From NCBI GenBank assembly GCA_049720475.1, contig JBNASH010000035.1:20015-84014 (forward strand): a stretch of DNA of 64,000 nt. The letters run 5' to 3'. Source of the stretch: Minisyncoccia bacterium. Lineage in GTDB: Bacteria > Patescibacteriota > Minisyncoccia > UBA6257 > JAAZHW01. Of this stretch, positions 37,743 to 49,600 are shown piece after piece (within the stretch, counting starts at the first letter, position 1; each line of letters starts with the position of its first letter). The translations under genes were made by a program, and so were the position numbers. Below the pieces are notes generated by a model. The model saw only the letters and a program-made list of their open reading frames with translations. It did no database searches and had not been told where the DNA came from.

Positions 37743-38813
37743 TTATCTTTTTGAAGAAACCAAAGAATAACGGCCATCAGGCAACTTTTTAAATAATTGT
37801 TTATCCTGAAGGTTAATCAAAACAGTCATGTCTTTAACCAAACGTTGTTTCGCAACTTCTTTAAGAATATCTCGGAAATACATTGGTTTTTTCGCTAAAA
37901 TTTGAATTAAAATATCCTTAACAGTTCCCTCTTGATATCCCCACTCTTTTAAAGCATAAATTCCCCTTCCTACCAAAACAAAAGGATCTCCTTTAATTAA
38001 TTCATTGTGCAAACTATTAATAGAAATTTTTTTGTCGTCAAAATTTAATTCTTTGATCTTTTGAAGAATCTCTTCATAATGCATCGGCTGATTCATCTTC
38101 TTTAAAATTAAATAAGCTTTAGTTTTAACATTACGAGGTTTTATCCATTCCCAATCAATCAATCCAAATTCACCAAAAGGATTAAAAGCAAATTTCTTGG
38201 ACACATCCAAATAAGAAACCACTAGATTTTCGTTATAAATTCGGAATTCTTTCATTGTTTTTCTTAACAACAATTGATATTCATCCAGCATTAATGGTTT
38301 TTTGTGAATTTTCACTTCTTTCTCAACAAACTTATAAATATTTATGGCTTTATTAAGATATTCCTCTTTTAAATACCAGTTGGAATAGATATTTGGTTTT
38401 TCCAAAAAATAATTGAAGTCAGGACTTAAATCTAACAAAAAATTAATATGGTTTGCCCATTGATTTTTTACCTTATCATTTGTCCAAAGCTCTATAGGAT
38501 CCTCAATTAACAAAACCGGAGCTTCTTCTAATAATCTCTTTTCTCTTCTAATACCACCGATTATTTCCAACTGATATTTAATACGCTCCAAAATATCATT
38601 TAACTCATTAAGATTTTGTCTAAGTTTGTTTAAAGCAACGGATTCGATCTGACGAATTCGCTCACGCGTTAAACCCTTTTCCTTACCAATCGCTTCTAAT
38701 GTCAGTGGTTTCTCGTTTGTCAAACCATACCTTTTTTCAATAATTTCTCTCTGCTTGTCTGGCAAAATTCCAATAAATCCTTTAATTGTTTGAAGTAAAC
38801 TTTTGCTATTCAT
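37743..38813 (-). CDS. DNA-binding protein with an N-terminal sigma-70 region-4 HTH and a C-terminal HARE-HTH-like domain
   Basis: LTLEAIGKEKGLTRERIRQIESVALNKLR equals the sigma-70 r4.2 consensus. The C-terminal PMHYEEILQKIKEL ... FVLVGRGIYALKEWGY matches the HARE-HTH pattern. Confidence 0.6.
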   Translation of the reverse strand: MNSKSLLQTIKGFIGILPDKQREIIEKRYGLTNEKPLTLEAIGKEKGLTRERIRQIESVALNKLRQNLNELNDILERIKYQLEIIGGIRREKRLLEEAPVLLIEDPIELWTNDKVKNQWANHINFLLDLSPDFNYFLEKPNIYSNWYLKEEYLNKAINIYKFVEKEVKIHKKPLMLDEYQLLLRKTMKEFRIYNENLVVSYLDVSKKFAFNPFGEFGLIDWEWIKPRNVKTKAYLILKKMNQPMHYEEILQKIKELNFDDKKISINSLHNELIKGDPFVLVGRGIYALKEWGYQEGTVKDILIQILAKKPMYFRDILKEVAKQRLVKDMTVLINLQDKQLFKKLPDGRYSLVSSKR

Positions 38814-38854
38814 ACTTTTTATTCAATAAATATTAAGAATAAATTTTCATTTTG

Positions 38855-39805
38855 TCAATAGCGGGTATTTCTTCGCCGCCGAGCATGAAAAGCCTGATAA
38901 ATTTCTTTCAATTCCTTATCCGTTAAGTGAGTGTAAACTTGCGTTGTACTAATGTTACTATGACCCAAAAGCATTTGAACGGAGCGCAAATCCGCGCCAT
39001 TTTGTAATAAATCGGTAGCAAATAAGTGTCTTAAAGTGTGTGGGGTGACTTTTCTTACAATCCCTGCTTTTTTACTGTAAAAATTTATCAAGCGCTGAAC
39101 ACTTCGCGGCGTGATTCTACCCAATACTTCATAATTTTTTGATTTCTTAAAAGTAACAAAAAGTGGTTCTTCAATATCTGTTCGTTTGGCTAGATATTTT
39201 TTAATTGCTTCTTTAGCTTCATCAGAAAGAAATACCAACCGAATTTTTCCTCCCTTTCCTTTTATACTAAACTCTCCCCTTTCTAAATTAACGCTATCGC
39301 GATTTAATTTACATAATTCTGAAACGCGCAATCCCGTCGCAAACAATGTCTCAAGAATTGCCTTATCACGTAAAGATTTTATATCATTTCCCTCCGGCGC
39401 ATTTAATAATCGTTCTAATTCATTAAAACTAATTAGACTTATTTCATTGCGAGATGCTTTAGCTAACTCCACTTGTTCTGGTGCTAAACATTTAATTCCA
39501 ATTTTGATTAAATATTTCAAAAAACCGCGCAGGGCAATTATATAATAATTTTGTGTAATTTTTCTCAGATTCTGTTGTCTACCCTCCAATCGGTTTAGGT
39601 ATAACCTAAATTGTCTTATTGCCTCCTGATCAATTTCTTCTACTTTCAATTCATCTACTGATTTATTAGTATATTTGGCTAAAAAATCTAAAAATTTAGT
39701 TAAATAACGATTATAATTCTCCAAAGTTTTAAGGCTGCGATTCTTTTCTATTTCCAAATATTCCAGATATTGTTTTTTCAATTCTAATAAATTGTTTTTT
39801 TTCAT
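38855..39805 (-). CDS. Tyrosine site-specific recombinase (XerC/XerD-like)
   Basis: C-terminal catalytic R ... [12 protein letters not shown] ... [16 protein letters not shown] with Tyr nucleophile. N-terminal SAM-like core-binding domain. Confidence 0.75.
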   Translation of the reverse strand: MKKNNLLELKKQYLEYLEIEKNRSLKTLENYNRYLTKFLDFLAKYTNKSVDELKVEEIDQEAIRQFRLYLNRLEGRQQNLRKITQNYYIIALRGFLKYLIKIGIKCLAPEQVELAKASRNEISLISFNELERLLNAPEGNDIKSLRDKAILETLFATGLRVSELCKLNRDSVNLERGEFSIKGKGGKIRLVFLSDEAKEAIKKYLAKRTDIEEPLFVTFKKSKNYEVLGRITPRSVQRLINFYSKKAGIVRKVTPHTLRHLFATDLLQNGADLRSVQMLLGHSNISTTQVYTHLTDKELKEIYQAFHARRRRNTRY

Positions 39806-39878
39806 ATCCTACTTCCAATATTATAGCACCTCCGCTTCATCTTGCAAACTTTTAATCTTTGTGTTATTATCAATTCAT

Positions 39879-40142
39879 ATGCTAAAAAAGGAAGAAAAAA
39901 CAAAATTAATAGCCAAATACAAAAAGCACGAAAAAGATACTGGTTCGCCCGAAGTTCAAATTGCCCTTTTAACCGAGCAAATTAATAAATTAACCCAGCA
40001 TCTTAAAAAGCACCCCAAAGATAATCACTCTCGCCGCGGCTTGTTAAAAATGGTTGCTAAAAGGAAAAAGCTTCTTAATTTTCTGCAAAAAGAGTCTGTC
40101 CGCCGCTATAATAAATTAGTAAAAACACTGGGGCTAAAATAA
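39879..40142 (+). CDS. rpsO: 30S ribosomal protein S15
   Basis: [38 protein letters not shown]. Start set at the internal ATG; the longer ORF in the track overlaps the recombinase gene. Confidence 0.85.
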   Translation: MLKKEEKTKLIAKYKKHEKDTGSPEVQIALLTEQINKLTQHLKKHPKDNHSRRGLLKMVAKRKKLLNFLQKESVRRYNKLVKTLGLK

Positions 40143-40146
40143 AAAT

Positions 40147-40698
40147 ATGGTTATAAAATACAAAGATCAACGAGTGGCAGTTTTTTTTGATATTCAAAAC
40201 CTGTACCATTCGGCAAAAAATCTTTATCAAGCACGCGTTGATTTTAAAGAAGTTTTAAAGACAGCGGTAGCTAATCGCAAATTAATTAGAGCGATCGCTT
40301 ATGTTGTCAAAAGCGATGCTGTTGAAGGCGAAACATCTTTTTTCGAAGCACTTCAAAATATCGGGATTGAATTAAGAATAAAAGAATTACAAGTTTATCC
40401 TGATGGTTTAAAAAAGGCCGATTGGGACGTTGGATTGGCTGTTGATGCAATTCGCATAGCTCCTTCGGTTGATAGCATTGTTTTAGTTACTGGCGATGGT
40501 GATTTCTTGCCTTTACTAGATTATCTAAAAGGTATCGGCAAAATAGTTGAGGTTGCAGCTTTTGGCCGTACTGCTTCAGCTAAATTGAAAGAATCTGCTG
40601 ATGATTTTATTGATTTAGAAAAAAACCCTCAAAAATTTTTAATTAAAAGTACCTTAATAAAAAAGTCGAAAAATAAATTTTTCAAACAAAATTATTAA
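40147..40698 (+). CDS. NYN-domain (LabA-like, PIN-related) protein
   Basis: VAVFFDIQNLYHS ... VLVTGDGDFLPL acidic-residue pattern of NYN/LabA RNase-like domains. Sits between rpsO and pnp. Confidence 0.6.
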   Translation: MVIKYKDQRVAVFFDIQNLYHSAKNLYQARVDFKEVLKTAVANRKLIRAIAYVVKSDAVEGETSFFEALQNIGIELRIKELQVYPDGLKKADWDVGLAVDAIRIAPSVDSIVLVTGDGDFLPLLDYLKGIGKIVEVAAFGRTASAKLKESADDFIDLEKNPQKFLIKSTLIKKSKNKFFKQNY

Positions 40699-40700
40699 AA

Positions 40701-40776
40701 TTCCAAGAAACAATTTAGAGCAGAGGAGAGGACTGACGATCTTCTCCTCTGCACTAAATTAAATTGTTTCTTGGAA
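40701..40776 (+). promoter_or_regulatory. Long imperfect stem-loop (17-bp outer stem TTCCAAGAAACAATTTA/TAAATTGTTTCTTGGAA plus an inner roughly 10-bp stem) in the pnp 5' leader. Candidate RNase III processing or autoregulatory hairpin.
   Basis: Inverted repeats read directly. By analogy with the RNase III-cleaved hairpin in the rpsO-pnp intergenic region of E. coli. Confidence 0.5.
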
Positions 40777-40790
40777 AAATTTTATCTCCT

Positions 40791-42926
40791 ATGTTAGAAG
40801 AAAAAGTTTTTTCTTTGGAGGTGGCTGGTAAAAAATTAACAGCCAAATTTACTCCCCTTGCGCAACAAGCTAATGGTTCGGTTCTAATGCAATATGGCGA
40901 AACGGTTGTTTTGGTAACAGCCACTATGGGCAAAACAGATCGGTTAGAAACCGACTTTTTCCCATTGGTTGTTGATTATGAAGAACGATTTTATGCAGCG
41001 GGAAAAATATTAGGAAGTCGCTTTGTCAGAAGAGAAGGCAAACCATCAGAAAATGCCATTTTAAATGCCCGTTTAATTGATCGATCCATCCGTCCCCTTT
41101 TTAATCAGAATATGAGGCGGGAGGTGCAAGTTGTCGCTACTGTTTTAGCCATTGATGGCGAAAACGATCCTGATATTCCCGCTTTAATCGGAACATCTTT
41201 AGCCTTATCAACCTCTGATATTCCTTGGGACGGTCCAATTTCAGCCGTTCGCGTTGGTTTAGTCAATGGTAAATTTATCATTAATCCTTCTTTTCAAGAG
41301 AGAGAAACGAGCGATTTAGATTTCTTTTTAAGCAGTGCTGATGGTGTTATTACAATGATTGAGGTTGGCGCCAACGAAATTAGTGAGGAAAAAATGAATG
41401 AAGCCGTCGAATTAGCTCTAAAAGAAACTGAGAAAATTCAAGATTTTCAAAAAAAGATTATTAAGGAAATGGCAAAACCAAAAGCAGAAATAGTCCTTAA
41501 AAAAATCGATCCGGAAATTGAGAAAAAAACCAAAGAATTCCTCAAAGATAGATTAGAAGAAGCAATTTATACTACTGATAAAATCAGTCGCGTTTCCAAA
41601 CTTCAACAACTTAAAAAAGATCTTGAGGATAATTTCCGAAACGAGGGAATGGATGAAAATCAGATTAAAGAGGCTTTTGTTATTTTAGAAAATGAGATAG
41701 ACATTTTAGTCCATAAAAACATACTGGAAAAAGAAAAAAGACCGGATGGTCGAAAATTAGATGAAATTAGACCAATTTATTGTGCTGTTGGAATTTTGCC
41801 GCGCGTTCATGGTTCCGGCTTATTCATTCGCGGCACAACTCAAGCCCTCTCCACCGTTACACTTGCTGCCCCCTCTCATGGTTTAACTATCGAAACAATT
41901 GAAGAAAGCGACACTAAAAGATTTATTCATCATTATAATTTCCCTCCTTATTCAGTAGGAGAAGTTTCTTCGATGCGCGGTCCTGGCCGAAGAGAAATTG
42001 GACACGGTGCTCTCGCTGAAAAATCATTATTGCCAATCATACCAAAGAAAGAAGATTTTCCTTATACAATTAGAATTGTTTCGGAAATCTTATCTTCCAA
42101 TGGATCATCTTCAATGGCCTCGGTATGTGGTTCTTCTTTGGCTTTAATGGATGCAGGCGTTCCTATTAAAACACCTGCCGCAGGCATTGCTATGGGATTG
42201 GTAATGGAAAATGAAAATAATTATAAAATCTTAACGGATATTCAAGGACCTGAAGATCATTACGGAGATATGGACTTTAAAGTAGCGAGAACAAAAAATG
42301 GCATCACTGGCATTCAATTAGATGTCAAAATTAAAGGTATAACTGTTAAAATTTTCAAAGAAACGCTGGAGCAGGCTAAAAAAGCTTGTCTCGAAATATT
42401 AAAGAAAATGAGTGAGGTTCTTGAAAAACCACGTCCAAATTTATCTCCTTTAGCACCAAAAATTTTTACTATTCAAATTAATCCCGAAAAAATTCGTGAT
42501 GTAATCGGCTCGGGCGGAAAAACGATTAATGATATTATCAAAAAAACCGGTGTCGAAATTGATATTGAAGAGGATGGCACTATTTTTGTAACTGCCCCCA
42601 CTGAAGAAGCTGGCAAGGAAGCCTTGGGAATTATCAAAAATATTACTTATGAATTCAAAGAAGGAGAAATTGTTACAGGCAAAGTCGTTAAAATTTTGGA
42701 CTTTGGTGCAATTGTTGATCTTGGTTTTGGAAAAGAAGGTCTACTCCATATTTCTGAAATTGCTAATCGTCGCATTGAAAAAGTAGAAAATGAGGTTAAG
42801 GTTGGACAGGTTTTAACTCTAAAAATCATAAAAATCGAAGAAAATGGCAGAATCGCACTTTCACTTAAGGCCTTAAACGAAAATGGATCTTCAAGACAAA
42901 ATAATCATTTTAAAAATAAAAAATAA
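40791..42926 (+). CDS. pnp: Polynucleotide phosphorylase
   Basis: Two RNase PH domains, KH and S1 (GEIVTGKVVKILDFGAIVDL). The alternative upstream TTG at 40764 lies inside the hairpin. Confidence 0.9.
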   Translation: MLEEKVFSLEVAGKKLTAKFTPLAQQANGSVLMQYGETVVLVTATMGKTDRLETDFFPLVVDYEERFYAAGKILGSRFVRREGKPSENAILNARLIDRSIRPLFNQNMRREVQVVATVLAIDGENDPDIPALIGTSLALSTSDIPWDGPISAVRVGLVNGKFIINPSFQERETSDLDFFLSSADGVITMIEVGANEISEEKMNEAVELALKETEKIQDFQKKIIKEMAKPKAEIVLKKIDPEIEKKTKEFLKDRLEEAIYTTDKISRVSKLQQLKKDLEDNFRNEGMDENQIKEAFVILENEIDILVHKNILEKEKRPDGRKLDEIRPIYCAVGILPRVHGSGLFIRGTTQALSTVTLAAPSHGLTIETIEESDTKRFIHHYNFPPYSVGEVSSMRGPGRREIGHGALAEKSLLPIIPKKEDFPYTIRIVSEILSSNGSSSMASVCGSSLALMDAGVPIKTPAAGIAMGLVMENENNYKILTDIQGPEDHYGDMDFKVARTKNGITGIQLDVKIKGITVKIFKETLEQAKKACLEILKKMSEVLEKPRPNLSPLAPKIFTIQINPEKIRDVIGSGGKTINDIIKKTGVEIDIEEDGTIFVTAPTEEAGKEALGIIKNITYEFKEGEIVTGKVVKILDFGAIVDLGFGKEGLLHISEIANRRIEKVENEVKVGQVLTLKIIKIEENGRIALSLKALNENGSSRQNNHFKNKK

Positions 42927-42943
42927 ATAATCCGCCAAATAAA

Positions 42944-42985
42944 AGAAAACCGCTCTATTTTTAAGAGCGGTTTTCTTTTATTATT
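42944..42985. terminator. Bidirectional rho-independent terminator between pnp (+) and rpoC (-)
   Basis: 11-bp stem AAAACCGCTCT/AGAGCGGTTTT with T-rich flanks on both strands. Confidence 0.6.
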
Positions 42986-45900
42986 TATTTTTCTTTTTCG
43001 CCTCTTGTTGTTCTCTTTTTCTAAACCCTGTTCCTACCGGCACCAAACGACCAATTATAACGTTTTCTTTTAATCCACGCAAATAATCTACTTTTCCTTC
43101 CAAAGCTGCTTTCACTAATACGCGTGTTGTCTCTTGGAAAGAAGCAGCTGCCAAAAAACTTTCGCTAGCTAAGGCAGAACGAGTAATACCTAAGAATAAT
43201 TGAACAGCTTTAGCGGGTTTTTTACCTTTGGCTTTCAATTTTCTATTTTCTTCCAAAAATCTCGATTTAGAAACAATCTCACCAATTAAGAAATCGCTAT
43301 CCCCTGGATTTTTAATTTTTACTTTATCAAACATCTGTCGAACAATAATTTCCAAATGTTTATTATTGATACTTACGCCTTCAGAAACATAAATCTTTTG
43401 AATTTCAGTCAAAATATATCGCTCAACGGTCTCACGATCAGTAACTTTTAATAATTCCTTAGGATCAATATCGCCACTGCATAATTTATCTCCAGCCTTT
43501 ACTATATCCCCTTCTTTCACTAAAATCTTTTTGGTTTTAGGAATTGAATACTGATAAATATCTGAACTTTTTGTTTTGCGAGTTCGACTTTTAGTCTCTT
43601 TATCTTTGTTTCTTTTAGCTTTAACATGGATGAAAATTTCTTTTTCTTGTTCTTCAATTTTAACTATCTCGCCATCCACCTCACTAATAATAGCTTTATT
43701 TTTGGGAGTCCGCGCCTCAAATAATTCTTCGATTCTTGGCAAACCATGGGTAATATCTTGACCAGCTACACCACCGGTATGAAAAGTTCTTAATGTTAAC
43801 TGCGTACCTGGTTCACCAATTGATTGAGCAGCAATAATACCTATTGGTGTGCCCGGCTCAACCGGCTTATTATAACCTAAATCATGTCCATAACATTTAG
43901 CGCACACACCCCATAAAGTCTTACACGTAATTGGAGAACGAATTTTAACTGCTTGAATATCAGATTTTTCAATTATTTCTGCTATTTGAGGAGTAATAAC
44001 CTCGTTAGCTTTTATAATTGTTTTATTGTCTATTTTAACATCTTCCAATACTGTTCGTCCGATTAAACGTGCGCTAAAACGATGTCCATAATCTGCTCCG
44101 TCTGTACGATAAACAGTAATTCCTCTTTTAGTTCCGCAATCTTCTTCAGTCACAATCACCTCTTGCGCTGCATCAATTAAACGACGAGTTAAATAACCAG
44201 CATTGGCAGTTTTCAAGGCTGTATCACTTGATCCCTTACGCGCACCATGGCTAGCAATAAAATATTCCAAAACGCTCAATCCTTCTTTATAAGAAGAAAG
44301 GATGGGCAATTCAATAATTTCGCCTTTTGGATTTTGAACCAAACCTTTCATTCCCATCATCTGGGTTAATTGTCCCCACGAACCTCGGCTACCAGAATCA
44401 ATAATTTGAAAAACAGGATTATTTTCTGGTAATACTTTAGTGATATTCTTGGCAATTTTGGACAATCCTTTCTCCCACGTTTTAATAGTGTGTGTTCTTT
44501 TTTCGTCACGCGCCAAAAAGCCTTCATTAAATTGTTGTTCGATTGTTTGAATTTCCTTACGACTTTCATTTATAATCTCCTCCTTGTCAGAAGGAATAAC
44601 TAAATCTGACATCGACCAGGTAATGCCAGAAATAGTAGCATAATGAAAACCCAACATCTTAATTTTGTCTAATAGATCAATTGCCGTATTGGAATCAAAA
44701 TGACTAATAATATAATCGGTTAATTTACTCAAGAACTTCTTTTCAACAACTTCTCCAACAAATGGAAAATCCTTCGGGAAAATATCATTAAAGATAATTT
44801 GACCAGCCGAAGTCTCAATTAAAACGTTTGGGTTTTCATATTTTTCTGCCACCAAAACATCCCCCATTTTCTTGAAATAAAATTCTTTATAGGGTTTAAT
44901 TTTGATCTTGGCTTTTAGATCTATAATTTTGTAATCGTAAGCTATAATAACTTCTTCTGGCGAAGAAAAAACTTTTCCTTCTCCTTTTAAATTATCAAAA
45001 ATTTTGGTGAGATAATAACAACCTAGAATAATATCCTTTGTCGGATTAATGATTGGTTCGCCATTGGCCGGTTTTAAACAATTCAAAGAAGAAAGCATAA
45101 TTTCTCTTGCTTCTTTCTGAGCTTCCTCGGTTAATGGCAAATGCACAGCCATTTGATCACCATCAAAATCCGCATTAAAAGCCGTGCACACCATGGGTGG
45201 AATCCTTAAAGCCAGATCTTCAATTAGCACCGGCTTAAATGCTTGGATACCCAAACGATGCAGTGTTGGAGCACGATTCAACAAAACATAACGATCTCTA
45301 ATAACTTCTTCAAGAATTGCCCAAACTTCAGCTGGCCCTTGATCAATTAAACGGTTTGCGCTTCGGATATTAAAAACAATTCCTCTTTCTAAAAGTTTAT
45401 TAACCACAAATGGTCTGAATAATTCCAAAGCCATTACTTTGGGCAAACCACATTCAAAATGTCTCAATTCAGGTCCAACCACAATTACAGAACGACCAGA
45501 ATAATCAACGCGCTTTCCCAATAAATTCTGTCTAAAGCGACCTTGTTTACCTTGCAAAATATCGGAAAGAGATTTTAATGGTCTCTTTTGAGCGCTAGAT
45601 TGAATTTGTGTTTTACGAGCACTGTTATCAATTAACGCATCCACCGCTTCTTGAAGCATTCTTTTTTCGTTTCTAATAATTACTTCTGGCGCATTTAACT
45701 CTAAAAGTTTCTTTAATCGGTTATTACGATTAATCACTCGGCGGTATAAATCATTCAAATCAGAAGTAGCATAACGCCCTCCATCCAAAGCCACCATTGG
45801 TCTTAAATCTGGTGGCAAAACAGGCAAAACAGTCAAAAACATCCATTCTGGTCTCAGATTGTTTTTAATAAATGAGCGGATTAATCTTAATTGAAGAAGA

Positions 45901-46631
45901 ATTTTTTTCTTATCACCCTTCTTATTTTTAAATTCTTTAATTAGTTGTTTTTCTTTCTTTTTTAAATCAATTTCTTTTAATAATTCAACAATTGGTTCGC
46001 TTCCTATCCCAGCTTCAAAGACATGTCCAAATTTTTTGCTTAAATTAAAATACTCACTTTCAGAAATAATTTTTAATGGGTATAAACCATTTAATTTTTC
46101 TACGTTGTCTTTATAGACAGTTTCTAAAAGATTTAACTTATCTTTAGGAGTACTTTTCTTTTTGCTTTCATATTCGGACTTTAATTCTTCTAGAGCTTTT
46201 TTTCTTTCTTCATCATTAACTTTAGTAATAATGTAAGCTGTATAATAAATTACTCTTTCCAACTGTTGCTGATTAACTCCTAAAAAGAGGGCTATTGGAG
46301 AAGGAATATTTCTTAAATACCAAATATGAGCAACAGGTGATGCTAATTTTATATGTCCCATTCTTTCTCGACGTACACTAGAACGTGTAACTTCAACACC
46401 ACATTTATCGCAGATAATGCCTTTATAACGAATTCTTTTATACTTTCCACAATAACATTCCCAATCTTTCGTTGGTCCAAAAATTCTTTCAGAAAACAAA
46501 CCATCTTTCTCTGGTCTTTGAGTTCGATAATTAATAGTTTCGGGTTTTGTTACTTCCCCATAACTCCAAGAAAGAATTTCTTCTGGAGATGCTAGTTTTA
46601 ATTTAATTGCTAAAAAATCTTCTGGTAGCAT
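42981..46631 (-). CDS. rpoC: DNA-directed RNA polymerase subunit beta'
   Basis: 1216 aa. Zn-binding CxxC ... C at the N-terminus, NADFDGD catalytic motif, bridge helix and trigger loop. Confidence 0.95.
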   Translation of the reverse strand: MLPEDFLAIKLKLASPEEILSWSYGEVTKPETINYRTQRPEKDGLFSERIFGPTKDWECYCGKYKRIRYKGIICDKCGVEVTRSSVRRERMGHIKLASPVAHIWYLRNIPSPIALFLGVNQQQLERVIYYTAYIITKVNDEERKKALEELKSEYESKKKSTPKDKLNLLETVYKDNVEKLNGLYPLKIISESEYFNLSKKFGHVFEAGIGSEPIVELLKEIDLKKKEKQLIKEFKNKKGDKKKILLQLRLIRSFIKNNLRPEWMFLTVLPVLPPDLRPMVALDGGRYATSDLNDLYRRVINRNNRLKKLLELNAPEVIIRNEKRMLQEAVDALIDNSARKTQIQSSAQKRPLKSLSDILQGKQGRFRQNLLGKRVDYSGRSVIVVGPELRHFECGLPKVMALELFRPFVVNKLLERGIVFNIRSANRLIDQGPAEVWAILEEVIRDRYVLLNRAPTLHRLGIQAFKPVLIEDLALRIPPMVCTAFNADFDGDQMAVHLPLTEEAQKEAREIMLSSLNCLKPANGEPIINPTKDIILGCYYLTKIFDNLKGEGKVFSSPEEVIIAYDYKIIDLKAKIKIKPYKEFYFKKMGDVLVAEKYENPNVLIETSAGQIIFNDIFPKDFPFVGEVVEKKFLSKLTDYIISHFDSNTAIDLLDKIKMLGFHYATISGITWSMSDLVIPSDKEEIINESRKEIQTIEQQFNEGFLARDEKRTHTIKTWEKGLSKIAKNITKVLPENNPVFQIIDSGSRGSWGQLTQMMGMKGLVQNPKGEIIELPILSSYKEGLSVLEYFIASHGARKGSSDTALKTANAGYLTRRLIDAAQEVIVTEEDCGTKRGITVYRTDGADYGHRFSARLIGRTVLEDVKIDNKTIIKANEVITPQIAEIIEKSDIQAVKIRSPITCKTLWGVCAKCYGHDLGYNKPVEPGTPIGIIAAQSIGEPGTQLTLRTFHTGGVAGQDITHGLPRIEELFEARTPKNKAIISEVDGEIVKIEEQEKEIFIHVKAKRNKDKETKSRTRKTKSSDIYQYSIPKTKKILVKEGDIVKAGDKLCSGDIDPKELLKVTDRETVERYILTEIQKIYVSEGVSINNKHLEIIVRQMFDKVKIKNPGDSDFLIGEIVSKSRFLEENRKLKAKGKKPAKAVQLFLGITRSALASESFLAAASFQETTRVLVKAALEGKVDYLRGLKENVIIGRLVPVGTGFRKREQQEAKKKNK

Positions 46632-46634
46632 ATT

Positions 46635-49600
46635 TTATTCTTCTTTTGGTTGTTGATTTTGACCTTGATTATTTTCTAAATATTTATTATCTTCCATAGC
46701 TTCAGCAAATAATTTACCCTCACTTTCTTTCTCTTCTTCCGCTTTAGCCTTTTCTTTAACCCCAATTAATTCAATACTTAAAGCCAAACTCTTTAATTCA
46801 TTAACAAGAACATGGAAAGAAGCGGGAATATTCGGACTCTTAAATTCTTGACCCCGCACAATTGATTCATAAGTGGAAATTCTTCCTTTAACATCGTCCG
46901 ATTTGATGGTTAACATTTCTTGTAGGGTGTAAGCAGCGCCATAACCTTCCAATGCCCAAACTTCCATTTCGCCAAAACGTTGACCACCTAATTGCGCCTT
47001 GCCGCCCAAAGGTTGCTGGGTAATTAAAGAATAAGGACCAATGGAGCGCATATGGACTTTATCCTCAACCATATGCACCAATTTCATCATATAAATATAT
47101 CCAACCATTACCCTATTCTCAAAAGGCTCACCAGTTCGGCCATCATATAAAACAACTTTCCCATCTTCAGGCAAACCAGCGTTTTTTAGCTCTTTTTTAA
47201 TATCTTCTTCTGTTGTTCCGCTGAAAACCGGTACAATCGCTTGATAACCCAATTCATGGGCTGCCCAACCTAAATGAGTTTCTAAAATCTGTCCAAGATT
47301 CATACGCGAAGCAACGCCTAACGGATTTAAAATAATATCAACTGGCGTTCCATCCTCTAAATAAGGCATGTCTTCTACTGGAACAATTTTCGAAATAACA
47401 CCTTTATTACCATGACGACCGGCTAATTTATCTCCTGCCCTAATCAATCTTCTTTGAGCAACTTCAATTTGAATACGTTTAATAATACCCGGTTCTAATT
47501 TATCGCCTCGATCACGAGAAAAAATTTTAATACCAACTACTCTTCCTCGTTTGCCGTGTTTCAAAATTAATGAGGTATCCTTAACATCGCGTGCTTTTTC
47601 ACCAAAAATCGCTCTTAATAATCTTTCTTCTGCTGTTAATTCGCCTTCTCCTTTTGGCGAAATTTTACCAACTAAAATATCACCGCTTCTGACTTCCGCA
47701 CCAATTCTAACAATACCCTCTTCATCTAAATCTTTTAGTTTTTCTAATGAAACATTTGGAATATCTAAAGTTGTAATCTCTGGTCCTAATTTTGTCTCTC
47801 GAACATCACAAACAAAATCTTCGATATGGATAGAAGTAAATAAATCGTTTTGAACTACTCTTTCAGATAAAATTACTGCATCTTCATAATTAGCGCCACC
47901 CCAAGAAATAAAAGCCACTAATAAATTTTTACCCAAAGCCAACATACCATCTTTTGTTTGTAAACTATCAGCCAAGACATCGCCTTTGCGAATCTTTTGA
48001 CCTTTTTTAACTATTGGTCTTTGGGAAATACAAGTATACTGATTGGCTCGAACAAATGTTCGCAAATGATAAATTTTGTAATCGTTGCTGCCTTTTATTT
48101 TTATTTTAATATGTCGCCCATCAACTTCCACTACCTCGCCATCAACCTCACTAACTAAAACATGACCTGAATCGCGCGCCGCCTTACCCTCTAATCCAGT
48201 GGCTACTAACGGCGCTTCACTATACATATAGGAAACGGCTTGGCGTTGCATATTCGAACCCATTTGGGCACGATTAGCATCATCATGTTCCAAAAATGGA
48301 ATTAAAGAAGTAGCAACACTTAAAATCTGAAATGGTGAAACATCGATTAAATCAATTTGGTCACGATGGTAAAAACCTGGCTCGCCTCGATATCGAGCTT
48401 CAACCAATTCATCAATAATTTTTCCATTTTTATCAATATTAACATTAGAGTGAGCAATATGATATTTTTCTTCTTCATAAGCATCCAAATAAACAATCTC
48501 ATCTGTAATATGGCCTTTATTAACCTTGAAATAAGGTGTTTCAATAAAACCGAATCGATTTAATCTCGCAAAAGTTGATAAATAAGTAACTAAACCAACG
48601 TTTTGTCCTTCAGGTGTCTGAATTGGACAAATTCTGCCATAGTGAGTCGGGTGAACATCTCTCACCTCAAAACCAGCTCTCTTACGATGCAAACCACCCG
48701 GACCCATGGCTGATAATCTTCTTTTGTGTTCCAACTCCGCCAATGGGTTTTCTTGAGCCAAAAATTGAGATAACTGAGAAGTGCTGAAAAACTCCCAAAC
48801 AACAGCCATCATTTGCCGAGCATTTATTAATTGAGCGGGTACTAAATTATAAATATCTAAAGTGGACATTCTTTCTTGAATAGTTCGGCGCAAACGCATT
48901 ATCCCCACTCTTAAACGATTTTGTAATAATTCTCCCACTGGCCGCACGCGTCGGTTGCTTAAATGATCAATATCATCTGGTTCGGCTAATTCGTTATTAT
49001 TGGAACTAATTATCAATTTGATAACCTCAACTAAATCTTTAAGGGTTAAAGTCTTCTCTTTTATCTCGCCATTTTTACGATTAAGACGTTGGTTTAGCTT
49101 AAAGCGACCAACCTCTCCTAGATCATAACGATCTTCTCGGAAAAACATTCCATCAATTAAACCTTTAGCATTATCTGGAGTAGCCAAATCGCCCGGCCGA
49201 ATACGTCGATAAATTTCCACATAGGATTCTTCTTTTGTTTTAGCAATATCCTTTGCCAACGTTTTTTCAATATATCTTATCTTTCCATTATCAACATCGG
49301 CAAAAGTTTTTAAAATCTCTTCATTGGTTTCTAATCCAAAAATCCTTAATAAACAAGTTGCTGGCACCTTCCTTTTCCGATCAATTTTCACATAGATAGC
49401 GGAGTCCAAATCAGTCTCAAATTCTAACCAAGAACCGCGATTGGGAATTAATTTAGCACCAAATAATTTTCGTCCGCGCACTTGAATCGCTGTTAAATAC
49501 AAACCGCTTGAACGAATAATTTGGGAAACAACCGTTCTTTCAACGCCATTCACAATAAAAGTTCCCCGGGAAGTCATCATGGGTATTTCTCCAAAATAAA

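Noticed and set aside
38855-39805. Tyrosine recombinase as a phage or ICE integrase marking a mobile element
   Set aside because: No flanking direct repeats or tRNA target were found around it. Its size and motifs fit chromosomal XerC/XerD equally well. The question is kept open in a finding rather than called a mobile element.
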